A stretch of 64,000 bases of DNA, taken from assembly GCF_034090745.1 (NCBI RefSeq), contig NZ_JAXDRZ010000008.1, one strand, 5' to 3'. Position 1 is the first letter of the stretch. Every line of letters begins with the position of its first letter. This document shows, in pieces, positions 9,740 to 18,894 of the stretch. The position numbers were made by a program, and so were the translations under genes. The notes below the pieces were generated by a model. The model saw nothing but the letters and a program-made list of their open reading frames with translations. It searched no databases and was not told the DNA's origin. This DNA comes from Blautia sp. Its GTDB lineage: Bacteria > Bacillota > Clostridia > Lachnospirales > Lachnospiraceae.

Positions 9740-9794
9740 TCTTTTAAAGAAGACAGGAAAGGGAGAATGAAAGAGAAAACGAGGAGGAAATAAA

Positions 9795-10691
9795 ATGGTA
9801 AAACAAAAATATCTGGACAAGGCAGAGGTACTTATTGAAGCTCTTCCATATATCCAGCGCTTTAATAAAAAGATCGTGGTGATCAAGTACGGCGGAAGCG
9901 CTATGCTGGATGAGGAGTTAAAGGAAAATGTGATCAAAGATGCGGTTTTGCTGAAACTGGTTGGGTTTAAGCCGATCATTGTCCATGGAGGAGGCAAAGA
10001 GATCAGCCGCTGGGTCGGAAAAGTAGGGATGGAACCAAGATTTGTCAACGGACTTCGGGTGACAGACAAAGAGACCATGGAGATTGCGGAAATGGTTCTT
10101 GCAAAAGTAAATAAGGAGCTGGTAACTCTGGTAGAATCCCTGGGTGTAGATGCAGTGGGCATCAGCGGCAAAGACGGCGGTCTTCTGAAATGCACCAAAA
10201 AGCTGTCAGGCGGGGAGGACATTGGCTATGTGGGAGAAGTGAAAGAGGTAAATCCAAGGATTCTGCATGAACTCCTGGATCAGGATTTTCTTCCGGTCAT
10301 TTTTCCGGTAGGCTTTGATGAAAATTATGATTCCTATAATATTAATGCGGATGACGCAGCCTGTGCAATTGCAGAGGCGGTGCATGCAGAGAAGCTGGCT
10401 TTTTTGTCAGATATTGAAGGCGTGTATAAAGATCAGGATGACCCATCCAGTCTGATTTCGGAACTGCATATCCATGAGGCAGAGAAACTGATCTCAGACG
10501 GATATGTAGGAGGGGGCATGATCCCGAAGCTGAAAAACTGTATTGATGCCATAGAAAACGGAGTAAACAGAGTTCATATTCTGGATGGAAGAATTCCGCA
10601 CAGCCTTCTGCTGGAGATTTTTACCAACAAAGGAATCGGAACTGCTATTTTAAGAGAGGACGGCGAAAAATACTACAATGAACATGCATGA
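9795..10691 (+). CDS. argB: Acetylglutamate kinase
   Basis: [25 protein letters not shown] and GGMIPK motifs. Confidence 0.96.
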   Translation: MVKQKYLDKAEVLIEALPYIQRFNKKIVVIKYGGSAMLDEELKENVIKDAVLLKLVGFKPIIVHGGGKEISRWVGKVGMEPRFVNGLRVTDKETMEIAEMVLAKVNKELVTLVESLGVDAVGISGKDGGLLKCTKKLSGGEDIGYVGEVKEVNPRILHELLDQDFLPVIFPVGFDENYDSYNINADDAACAIAEAVHAEKLAFLSDIEGVYKDQDDPSSLISELHIHEAEKLISDGYVGGGMIPKLKNCIDAIENGVNRVHILDGRIPHSLLLEIFTNKGIGTAILREDGEKYYNEHA

Positions 10692-11868
10692 ACAGATGGA
10701 CCAGGCAGAAAAAAGTATCCTTCATACATACAATCGTTTTCCGGTGATGTTTGACAGAGGAGAAGGCTGCCGGATTTTTGACACAGAGGGAAAAGAATAT
10801 CTTGATTTTGCAGCAGGAATCGCTGTAAATGCACTGGGATATCATTATCCGGGATATGATGAGGCTCTGATGGAGCAGATCCGTAAGCTGACTCATATTT
10901 CCAATCTTTATTACAATGAGCCTATGAGCAGAGCCGGAGAGAAACTGATAAAAGCCAGCGGTATGAGCAAGGTGTTTTTTACAAACAGTGGTACAGAAGC
11001 TGTTGAAGGAGCTCTGAAGGCAGCAAGAAAATACGGATTTAAAAAATATAACGGTGAGAAATATGAGGTCATTGCCATGGAACATTCTTTCCATGGAAGA
11101 AGTATGGGAGCCCTTTCCGTTACAGGTACGGCTCACTACAGAGAGCCTTTTGAGCCTCTGATTGGCGGTGTGAAATTTGCACAGTTTAATGATCTGGAAA
11201 GTGTAAAGGCACAGATCACAGACAAAACCTGTGCGGTACTGATGGAAACAATACAGGGAGAAGGCGGCATTTATCCGGCAGATGGGGAATTCCTGAAGGA
11301 GATCCGTACTCTCTGTGATGAAAAAGACATCCTTCTGATTCTGGATGAGATTCAGTGCGGCATGGGACGTACCGGAGATTATTTTGCATGGCAGGGATAT
11401 GGAGTGAAGCCGGATATTATGACCTGTGCCAAGGCTCTTGGAAACGGAGTTCCGGTGGGGGCTTTTGTTCTTGGAGAGAAAGCCGCAGCAATTTCTCTGG
11501 AACCGGGAGATCATGGAACGACTTATGGGGGAAATCCTTTTGTATGTGCTGCCGTAAGTAAGGTTTTTGATATTTATGAGGAGAACCATATTCTGGACCA
11601 TGTACGGGAGCTGACACCTTATCTGGAGGAAAAACTGGATGAGATCGTGGATCAGTATGACTGCGTTTCTGCCAGACGTGGAAAAGGCTTTATGCAGGGC
11701 CTGGTGATTCAAGGAATTCCGGTAGGAAATGTTGTGAAGAAAGCTCTGGAAAACGGACTGCTGGTTATTTCAGCAGGCAGTGATGTGCTGAGAATGGTAC
11801 CTCCTCTGGTCATAAAAAAAGAGGATATTGATGAGATGATTATGAAACTGAAAAAAAGTCTGGCATAA
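10678..11868 (+). CDS. argD: Acetylornithine aminotransferase (class III PLP)
   Basis: [28 protein letters not shown] and AKALGNG motifs, in arg operon context. Confidence 0.93.
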   Translation: MNMHEQMDQAEKSILHTYNRFPVMFDRGEGCRIFDTEGKEYLDFAAGIAVNALGYHYPGYDEALMEQIRKLTHISNLYYNEPMSRAGEKLIKASGMSKVFFTNSGTEAVEGALKAARKYGFKKYNGEKYEVIAMEHSFHGRSMGALSVTGTAHYREPFEPLIGGVKFAQFNDLESVKAQITDKTCAVLMETIQGEGGIYPADGEFLKEIRTLCDEKDILLILDEIQCGMGRTGDYFAWQGYGVKPDIMTCAKALGNGVPVGAFVLGEKAAAISLEPGDHGTTYGGNPFVCAAVSKVFDIYEENHILDHVRELTPYLEEKLDEIVDQYDCVSARRGKGFMQGLVIQGIPVGNVVKKALENGLLVISAGSDVLRMVPPLVIKKEDIDEMIMKLKKSLA

Positions 11869-11883
11869 TGCCGGACTTTTTTT
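11852..11883 (+). terminator. Intrinsic terminator of argCJBD
   Basis: AAAAGTCTGGCA-TAA-TGCCGGACTTTT followed by a T-run. Confidence 0.8.
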
Positions 11884-11895
11884 ATGATAAAAGTG

Positions 11896-11952
11896 TTGAC
11901 AAACTAACTTTGTTAGCATATACTAACTGGTATAGAGTTTATTGATACTAAC
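11896..11952 (+). promoter_or_regulatory. feo promoter with GTTAG-N6-CTAAC palindromic operator(s)
   Basis: TTGACA (11896)-17-TATACT (11919); GTTAGCATATACTAAC overlaps the -10, with a degenerate copy GTTTATTGATACTAAC at 11937-11952. Confidence 0.7.
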
Positions 11953-12002
11953 AAAAAGATCGGATCAATGTGTAAAACGGATTCCGGGAAAGTGAGAATT
12001 AT

Positions 12003-12221
12003 ATGCTTATGAATCTGTCAGAAGCGAGAGAAGGAGAAGAATATATCGTAAAGGATATTGTCACAGATGATGAAGAGCTGGATGCTTTTCTTTTTTCACT
12101 GGGGTGTTACAGTGGAGAACCGATTACAGTGATCGCCCACAGAAAGGGCGGCTGTGTGGTTTCTATTAAAGATGCCAGATATAATATCGATCATGATCTG
12201 GCACAGGCTATTTCGATATAA
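12003..12221 (+). CDS. feoA: Ferrous iron transport protein A
   Basis: 72-aa SH3-like FeoA (LFSLGCYSGEPITVI) directly upstream of feoB. Confidence 0.9.
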   Translation: MLMNLSEAREGEEYIVKDIVTDDEELDAFLFSLGCYSGEPITVIAHRKGGCVVSIKDARYNIDHDLAQAISI

Positions 12222-12248
12222 AATAGTGATCCTGTCACTATTTTTTTT
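12222..12248 (+). terminator. Terminator-like hairpin between feoA and feoB
   Basis: AATAGTGA-TCCTG-TCACTATT followed by a T-run; the stem is AT-rich. Confidence 0.5.
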
Positions 12249-12254
12249 CAGACT

Positions 12255-12273
12255 ACAGGTTAGTCTCAACTAA
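12255..12273 (+). promoter_or_regulatory. DtxR-like operator upstream of feoB
   Basis: ACAGGTTAGTCTCAACTAA matches the DtxR consensus TTAGGTTAGCCTAACCTAA at 14 of 18 non-central positions. Confidence 0.55.
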
Positions 12274-12284
12274 TTAAATGGGTT

Positions 12285-14303
12285 ATGGAGGAGAGAAAGG
12301 TTATGAGAATTGCTTTGGCAGGAAACCCCAACAGTGGAAAAACTACCATGTATAATGCCCTTACCGGAAGAAATGAAAAAGTTGGAAACTGGGCAGGAGT
12401 TACGGTAGAAAGAAAGGAAAGTCCGATCAGGAAAGGATATTGTGAAGGAAATGAGGAGCTTGTGGCAGTGGATCTGCCAGGCGCTTATTCCATGTCTCCT
12501 TTTACCTCTGAGGAAAGTATTACCAGCAGCTATGTAAAGAATGAAGCACCGGATGCAATCATTAATATTGTGGACGCTACAAATCTCAGCAGAAGTCTGT
12601 TTTTTACCACACAGCTCCTGGAACTTGGAATACCGGTTGTGGTAGCATTAAATAAAAGTGATGTGACAGAAAAGAAAAAAACGGAGATTGACATTGAGCT
12701 TTTATCAAAAAAACTGGGGTGTCCGGTAATCCGTACCGTAGCCTCTTCTTCCGGGCACAAAGGCCTTAAGGCAGTGGTTGCCAATGCGGCTGCTTTAAAA
12801 GGAAAAGGTCAGAAAGCCCCTTATATGCAGGAGGAGATCAATCTTCAGAACAAGGCTGCGGTAGAAGCAGCAGACAGAAAAAGATTTGATTTTGTAAATG
12901 ACATTGTAAAAGCAGTAGAAAAGAGAAAGGTTTTTACAAAAAATAAAAACCGTCAGGATCAGATTGATGCGGTTCTTACCAATAAGATTGTAGGAATTCC
13001 TATTTTTGCGGCGGTTATGTTCCTGGTATTTTACATATCTCAATCTACAGTGGGAACCTGGATCGCAGACTGGCTGGTGGGATGGATTGAAACCTTCCAG
13101 AGCTGGGTAGGCGGGCATGTGGAATCTGCCAGTCCGTTTCTGCAGGCGCTTCTGGTAGATGGTATTATTGGCGGAGTTGGTGCTGTTGTAGGATTTCTGC
13201 CGCTGGTAATGGTTATGTATTTTTTGATTGCTCTTCTTGAGGACTGCGGATATATGGCAAGAGCTACGGTTGTTCTTGATCCTATTTTTAAAAGAGTCGG
13301 ACTTTCCGGAAAATCTGTGATCCCTATGGTGATTGGAACCGGATGCGCTATTCCTGGAATTATGGCATGCCGTACCATCCGTAATGAGAGAGAACGAAGA
13401 GCGACTGCAATGCTGACACCTTTTATGCCATGCGGAGCAAAGCTTCCGGTGATCGCGTTATTTGCAGGAGCATTTTTCTCTGATGCAGGATGGGTAGGTC
13501 CAACAATGTATCTGGTAGGAATCGTGCTGATTTTTCTCGGAGCACTTCTGGTTAACCAGATTACAGGATATAAATTTCGAAAATCATTTTTTATCATTGA
13601 ACTTCCGGAATATAAAATTCCAAGCCTGAAAAGAGCAGTGCTTTCTATGTTGTCCCGTGGAAAGGCTTATATTGTAAAAGCAGGTACTATTATTCTGGTG
13701 TGCAATACAGCAGTACAGATCATGCAAAGCTTCAACTGGCACCTTCAGGTCGTAGAAGAAGGAATGGAAAGTACTTCTATTCTGGCATCTATAGCAACAC
13801 CTTTTGCAGTGCTTCTGATCCCTCTGGGATTTGGAGTATGGCAGCTTGCAGCAGCAGCCATTACAGGATTTATTGCCAAAGAAAATGTAGTAGGTACCCT
13901 GGCAGTAGTATATGGTCTTACCAGCTTTATTAATGAAGATTTTGCCCTTGTAGGAAGCGGAAATCAGGTGGCGGCTGTTATGGGACTGACAAAGGCAGCA
14001 GCTCTTGCCTATTTGATGTTTAATCTGTTTACTCCGCCATGCTTTGCTGCGCTGGGAGCCATGAATTCAGAAATGCAGGACAGAAAGTGGCTGTGGGGAG
14101 GCATCGCCCTGCAGCTGGGAACTGGGTACTCTGTTGCATTTATGGTATATCAGACGGGAACACTGATAACTACAGGAAGCCTGGGAAGTGGATTTGTTCC
14201 AGGGCTGGTAGCAGTTGCGGCGATGGTTCTTGTTGTGGTATTCTTAGTAAGAAGAACACGAAAAAATTTCAGCACAGAATATGGACTTCATGCCCAGGGA
14301 TGA
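12285..14303 (+). CDS. feoB: Ferrous iron transport protein B
   Basis: G1 GNPNSGKTT, GNWAGVTV, DLPG, NKSD, plus the membrane domain with FMPCGAKLPV. Confidence 0.96.
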   Translation: MEERKVMRIALAGNPNSGKTTMYNALTGRNEKVGNWAGVTVERKESPIRKGYCEGNEELVAVDLPGAYSMSPFTSEESITSSYVKNEAPDAIINIVDATNLSRSLFFTTQLLELGIPVVVALNKSDVTEKKKTEIDIELLSKKLGCPVIRTVASSSGHKGLKAVVANAAALKGKGQKAPYMQEEINLQNKAAVEAADRKRFDFVNDIVKAVEKRKVFTKNKNRQDQIDAVLTNKIVGIPIFAAVMFLVFYISQSTVGTWIADWLVGWIETFQSWVGGHVESASPFLQALLVDGIIGGVGAVVGFLPLVMVMYFLIALLEDCGYMARATVVLDPIFKRVGLSGKSVIPMVIGTGCAIPGIMACRTIRNERERRATAMLTPFMPCGAKLPVIALFAGAFFSDAGWVGPTMYLVGIVLIFLGALLVNQITGYKFRKSFFIIELPEYKIPSLKRAVLSMLSRGKAYIVKAGTIILVCNTAVQIMQSFNWHLQVVEEGMESTSILASIATPFAVLLIPLGFGVWQLAAAAITGFIAKENVVGTLAVVYGLTSFINEDFALVGSGNQVAAVMGLTKAAALAYLMFNLFTPPCFAALGAMNSEMQDRKWLWGGIALQLGTGYSVAFMVYQTGTLITTGSLGSGFVPGLVAVAAMVLVVVFLVRRTRKNFSTEYGLHAQG

Positions 14304-14324
14304 GAATGAAAGGAGATGTTTGAT

Positions 14325-14486
14325 ATGGCAGATCTTGTAATAGCAGGCATTCTGCTGTTGGCGGTAGGAGCCGCGGCAGCGTATATCATAAAAGCAAAAA
14401 AGAGTGGAAAAACATGCATCGGCTGTTCGTCCGGAGGATGCTGTTCCGGTAAGTGCAGCGGTCACTGCAGCGATACACTTAAATAA
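14325..14486 (+). CDS. FeoB-associated Cys-rich small membrane protein (53 aa; absent from the ORF track)
   Basis: MADLVIAGILLLAVGAAAAYIIKAKKSGKTCIGCSSGGCCSGKCSGHCSDTLK with RBS AAGGAGA: one TM segment and a Cys-rich tail. Confidence 0.88.
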   Translation: MADLVIAGILLLAVGAAAAYIIKAKKSGKTCIGCSSGGCCSGKCSGHCSDTLK

Positions 14487-14545
14487 AAATCAAAGAAACA
14501 GAAGTGTATAAAAACTGAATTTTTGTATATGATGATATTATAAAC

Positions 14546-14576
14546 AAGAGGCTGGTTAAAAATACCGGCCTCTTTT
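14546..14576 (+). terminator. Probable feo operon terminator
   Basis: AAGAGGCTGGT-loop-ACCGGCCTCTT followed by TT. Confidence 0.55.
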
Positions 14577-14600
14577 ACTAATATATATGGAGGGATTTTT

Positions 14601-15035
14601 ATGTGGGGATTTGCGGCAGCTCTTATTTCCGGTGCTCTGATGAGCATTCAGGGAGTTTTTAACACAGAGGTGACAAAGCAGACCAGTCTTTGGGTGTCCA
14701 CAGGATGGGTACAGCTTTCTGCTTTTTTGGTCTGTGTGGCTGCATGGTTTTTTACAGGGCGGGAAAATATCTCGGCTTTATGGCAGGTGGACAACAAATA
14801 CACACTTCTTGGAGGTGTGATCGGAGCGTTTATTACAGTTACGGTTATCCAGAGCATGGGAGCTCTTGGACCTGCACGGGCCGCTATGCTGATCGTGGTT
14901 TCTCAGCTTCTGATCGCTTATGTGATCGAACTGATGGGACTTTTTGGTGTGGAAAAGGCAGTCTTTCAGTGGAGAAAAGCAGTTGGAATGGCGGTTGCCA
15001 TTATTGGTATCGTAATCTTTAAATGGCAAAAATAA
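14601..15035 (+). CDS. DMT-superfamily transporter (YdcZ/DUF606-like)
   Basis: Hydrophobic 144 aa; GALMSIQGVFNT and LLGGVIGAF motifs. Confidence 0.8.
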   Translation: MWGFAAALISGALMSIQGVFNTEVTKQTSLWVSTGWVQLSAFLVCVAAWFFTGRENISALWQVDNKYTLLGGVIGAFITVTVIQSMGALGPARAAMLIVVSQLLIAYVIELMGLFGVEKAVFQWRKAVGMAVAIIGIVIFKWQK

Positions 15036-15045
15036 GAGTTGGGTA

Positions 15046-15074
15046 TTGTAAAAGCAGATGGAATTCGTTAGAAT
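15046..15074 (+). promoter_or_regulatory. Sigma-A-like promoter of the comEA cluster
   Basis: TTGTAA-17-TAGAAT. Confidence 0.55.
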
Positions 15075-15161
15075 AGGAATTGGTCAAGTGTGAGTATCGG
15101 GGGAGCAGATAAGGAGTGACCCCAAATCAGAAAACAAAAGAATGATCAGAAAAGAAATGGT

Positions 15162-15791
15162 TTGAGACTTCTGCTGACGATTCTGGTGCTTTTTGCCAGT
15201 CCGGCTTTATCCGGATGCGGCAGACAGGAACCGGAAATTCTGTTGGAAGAGGAACAGAAAGAAGAGGAAGAAAAAGGGACAGATGCCCCGGAACCGGAAA
15301 TCACACCGGAGATCACAAATCCGCCGCAAGATATTTTTGTTGATGTCTGCGGAGCTGTGGCAAAACCCGGAGTTTATTGTATGCCCTTTGACAGCAGAGT
15401 GTTTCAGGCTGTAGAGGCTGCCGGAGGTTTTCTTCCGGAGGCTGCGGGCAGCTATGTAAATCAGGCTCTGCCCTTAAATGATGGTCAGCAGATTTATGTA
15501 CCTACAAAAGAAGAGGTAGAGAAAAAGGGAGAAGCTTTGGCAGACGATGTTTTTGCCGCAGCGGAAACCGGGGAGAGCAGTCAGCCGGAAGAAAACGGAA
15601 AAGTTAATCTGAATACAGCAGATGCGGCGGCTCTTCAGACGCTCAGCGGTATCGGAGAGTCTAAAGCGCAGGCGATTCTGGCATACAGAGAGGAACATGG
15701 AGGCTTTTCTTCCATAGAGGAACTGATGGATGTCCCGGGGATAAAAGAAAATACTTTTATAAAGATAAAAGATAAAATTGCAGTAGAATAA
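15162..15791 (+). CDS. comEA: Competence DNA-binding protein ComEA (SLBB plus HhH)
   Basis: VDVCGAVAKPGVY (SLBB) and KVNLNTADAAALQTLSGIGESKAQAI (HhH) motifs; the TTG start is uncertain. Confidence 0.9.
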   Translation: MRLLLTILVLFASPALSGCGRQEPEILLEEEQKEEEEKGTDAPEPEITPEITNPPQDIFVDVCGAVAKPGVYCMPFDSRVFQAVEAAGGFLPEAAGSYVNQALPLNDGQQIYVPTKEEVEKKGEALADDVFAAAETGESSQPEENGKVNLNTADAAALQTLSGIGESKAQAILAYREEHGGFSSIEELMDVPGIKENTFIKIKDKIAVE

Positions 15792-15802
15792 GGAGAAATT
15801 AA

Positions 15803-16492
15803 ATGAGCAGGAAAGTGTTAGTGGTAGATGACGAAAAACTGATCGTAAAAGGAATTCGCTTTAATCTGGAACAGGACGGAATGGAAGTGGACTGCGCCTA
15901 CGATGGAGAAGAGGCTGTGGAGAAGGCCAAGGAGAATCATTATGATATTATTCTTCTGGACCTGATGCTTCCCAAAATGGACGGCCTTGAGGTCTGCCAG
16001 CAGATTCGGGAATTTTCAAATGTTCCGATTGTAATGCTTACTGCAAAGGGCGAAGATATGGATAAGATCCTTGGTCTGGAATATGGTGCAGATGATTATA
16101 TTACCAAACCATTTAATATTCTGGAGGTAAAAGCAAGGATCAAGGCAATCATGCGTCGTGCGCGATCTGAAAGCGAAGAAAAAGAAAAAGCGAAAAGTAT
16201 TGAAAGCGGTGATCTGAAGCTTGACTGTGAGAGCCGCCGCGTGTTCATTGGCGGCAAGGAGATCAATCTTACTGCCAAGGAATTTGATGTACTGGAACTT
16301 CTGGTGTTTAATCCTAATAAAGTTTACAGCCGTGAAAATCTTCTGAATATTGTGTGGGGATATGAATATCCCGGTGATGTAAGAACTGTAGACGTACATA
16401 TCCGCCGTCTTCGTGAAAAAATTGAGGCAAATCCCAGTGAGCCCAAATATGTACACACAAAATGGGGCGTAGGCTACTATTTCCAGGCATAG
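15803..16492 (+). CDS. OmpR/PhoB-family response regulator (WalR-like)
   Basis: VVDDE, LLDLMLPKMDG, LTAK, DDYITKPF receiver motifs; RTVDVHIRRLREKIE wHTH. Confidence 0.93.
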   Translation: MSRKVLVVDDEKLIVKGIRFNLEQDGMEVDCAYDGEEAVEKAKENHYDIILLDLMLPKMDGLEVCQQIREFSNVPIVMLTAKGEDMDKILGLEYGADDYITKPFNILEVKARIKAIMRRARSESEEKEKAKSIESGDLKLDCESRRVFIGGKEINLTAKEFDVLELLVFNPNKVYSRENLLNIVWGYEYPGDVRTVDVHIRRLREKIEANPSEPKYVHTKWGVGYYFQA

Positions 16493-16495
16493 TCC

Positions 16496-17917
16496 ATGAA
16501 GAAGAAAAAAAGATTTTTTAAGAGTCTGCGTTTTCGGATCCTGATCATTCTGGTGATTCTGGGAATCGTCCCCAGTGTGATCGTTACGCAGATGATGTTC
16601 AGCAATTATGAAAAACAGGCGATCACAGCCAGAACTGGCACGATAAATACACAGTGCAGTATTCTGTGTGATCAGATCATCAAAGAAAATTATCTTAATG
16701 ACTCCAGCTCTGAAACAGTAAACGGCAAGCTGGAGTTATTGTCTAACATCTATGGAGGCAGACTGCTGATCGTAGACCGGGACTTCAGGATAGTAAAGGA
16801 TACTTATCATGTAGATGAAGGAAAAACGCTGGTTTCCCCTAAGGTCATCCGCTGCTTCAAAAGCGGAAAGCCGACAGATTACCAGCGAAACGGTCAGGTG
16901 CTGGAAACAGCAATTCCCATCAAAAGTGCAGATGTTCCCCAGACACAGGGGGCTATGCTGGTTACTATTTCCAGCAGCGAGATCACGGCAACTATGATGG
17001 ACATGAAGTATCAGGGACTTTTGATCCTTGCGATCATTATTGTTCTGTCTATATTTTTTGCATACATCATGTCTACGGTTCTTGTGAAGCCGCTGGCCCG
17101 TGTTACCAAATCTATTGAAGATCTGACAGACGGATATCAGAATGATGAAATTTCCGTTCCGGATTACACAGAAACAGAGCTTATTACAGATGCATTTAAT
17201 AAAATGCTTAGCCGGATGAAGACTTTGGATGAATCCCGATCGGAATTTGTTTCCAACGTGTCTCACGAGCTGAAGACGCCCATGACTTCTATGAAAGTTC
17301 TGGCAGATTCTCTGGTAGGGCAGGAAGGGATCCCGGAGGAACTTTATCAGGAATTTATGCGTGATATTACTGCAGAGATAGACAGAGAAAACCGTATTAT
17401 CACAGATCTTTTAAGCCTGGTGAAAATGGATAAAAAGACAGCAGATCTTTCTATTCAGCATATGGATATTAATCATCTTCTTGAAGACATACTGAAAAGG
17501 CTCCGGCCTATTGCAGATAAAAGAAGTATTGATCTGATTCTCGACAGTTTCCGCCCGGTGGAGGCAGATGTGGATGAGATTAAATTTACTTCTGCGATCA
17601 GCAATCTGGTTGAGAATGCGATCAAATATAATGTAGATGATGGATGGGTGAGAGTTTCGATTGATGCAGATCATAAATATTTTTATGTTACGGTGGCAGA
17701 TTCCGGCATGGGAATACCGGAAGAGTCGCTGGACCGTATTTTTGAGAGATTTTATCGTGTGGATAAATCCCACTCCAGAGAGATTGGCGGTACAGGTCTG
17801 GGACTTGCCATAACAAGAAGCACCATTGCCATGCATCATGGTGTGATCAAGGTGTTCAGCAGGGAAGGAGAAGGAACGACCTTCTCAGTCAGGATCCCGC
17901 TGTCATATATTCCATAG
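16496..17917 (+). CDS. Sensor histidine kinase (2 TM, HAMP, HisKA, HATPase)
   Basis: SNVSHELKTP H-box, NLVENAIKY N-box, DSGMGIP and GTGLGLAI G-boxes. Confidence 0.93.
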   Translation: MKKKKRFFKSLRFRILIILVILGIVPSVIVTQMMFSNYEKQAITARTGTINTQCSILCDQIIKENYLNDSSSETVNGKLELLSNIYGGRLLIVDRDFRIVKDTYHVDEGKTLVSPKVIRCFKSGKPTDYQRNGQVLETAIPIKSADVPQTQGAMLVTISSSEITATMMDMKYQGLLILAIIIVLSIFFAYIMSTVLVKPLARVTKSIEDLTDGYQNDEISVPDYTETELITDAFNKMLSRMKTLDESRSEFVSNVSHELKTPMTSMKVLADSLVGQEGIPEELYQEFMRDITAEIDRENRIITDLLSLVKMDKKTADLSIQHMDINHLLEDILKRLRPIADKRSIDLILDSFRPVEADVDEIKFTSAISNLVENAIKYNVDDGWVRVSIDADHKYFYVTVADSGMGIPEESLDRIFERFYRVDKSHSREIGGTGLGLAITRSTIAMHHGVIKVFSREGEGTTFSVRIPLSYIP

Positions 17918-17927
17918 GAGGTGCCGG

Positions 17928-18863
17928 ATGAAGAAAATAATCAGCATGCTTCTTCTGGCAGTCTTTGTCTGTATCACGGCTGCCGGATGCAGTATTGAGG
18001 TAGAAGAAAAAGAGCCGGATAAATACAGTTACTATTATCTGAACCAGTCAGAGACATCTTTGAGGAAAGAAGGCTATAATCCGAAGGAAGAAAACGGAGA
18101 AAATATGCTGAGAGAACTGATGCAGTATGTCAGCAGCAAAAAGGCTCCGGAGGATGGGATTCCGCTTCTGCCGGAAAATGTGGTCCTTAATTCTTATGAT
18201 TTTCAGGACAGTACCCTGGTGATTGATTTTAAAGGCGGATATCGGGAGATGAGCAGGGCAAGAGAGGTGCTTACGAGAGCTGGCATTGTCTTGACATTTC
18301 TCCAGATACCGGAGATAGAAAAGGTTCGCTTCACTTTAGAAGGACAGGAATTAACAGATTCCAGAAATAATAAGATCGGGGAGATGACAAGACAGAGCTT
18401 TTTGAATCTTTCCGGAAAAAATATGGACAGCTACAGATATGATACCTTTACTTTATATTTTACGGATAAAAGCGGTCAGAAGCTGGTAAAGGAAAAACGT
18501 AATATCTATTACAGAAGAACACTTCCAAAAGAAAGCGTAGTCCTGGAGCAGCTGGCAAAGGGACCTATGGAAGAGGGACATTATCCGGTGATTTCTGAGT
18601 CTTCGGTGGCTCTCAGTGCTATTATTGCAGACAGGATCTGCTATATTGATATGAACCGGGCTTTCCAGGAAGAGTCTCCTGATATAGCAGAAAATGTCCA
18701 GGTATATGCAGTTGTGAATTCTCTTCTGGATTCCTGCGAAGCGGATAAGGTTCAGATTTCCATTGAAGGAAATATGGAAGGAAATCTAAAAACAAGTATG
18801 CCGCTGTATACATTTTATCAAAAAAATGAAGAACTGGTAGAACAGGAAGATTCAAATTCCTGA
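17928..18863 (+). CDS. GerMN-domain lipoprotein (two GerMN-like repeats)
   Basis: Lipobox TAAGC; IVLTFLQIPEIEKVRFTLEG and VVNSLLDSCEADKVQISIEG resemble GerMN repeats. Confidence 0.75.
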   Translation: MKKIISMLLLAVFVCITAAGCSIEVEEKEPDKYSYYYLNQSETSLRKEGYNPKEENGENMLRELMQYVSSKKAPEDGIPLLPENVVLNSYDFQDSTLVIDFKGGYREMSRAREVLTRAGIVLTFLQIPEIEKVRFTLEGQELTDSRNNKIGEMTRQSFLNLSGKNMDSYRYDTFTLYFTDKSGQKLVKEKRNIYYRRTLPKESVVLEQLAKGPMEEGHYPVISESSVALSAIIADRICYIDMNRAFQEESPDIAENVQVYAVVNSLLDSCEADKVQISIEGNMEGNLKTSMPLYTFYQKNEELVEQEDSNS

Positions 18864-18894
18864 TTCTGCAAGGATTTTATGAAAGGGATGGCAA

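Noticed and set aside
10645-11712. 355-aa minus-strand ORF
   Set aside because: Antisense to argD; no motifs.
15075-15160. G-rich comEA leader (GGGGG...CCCC) as a structured regulatory RNA
   Set aside because: Only weak partial pairing and no known motif.
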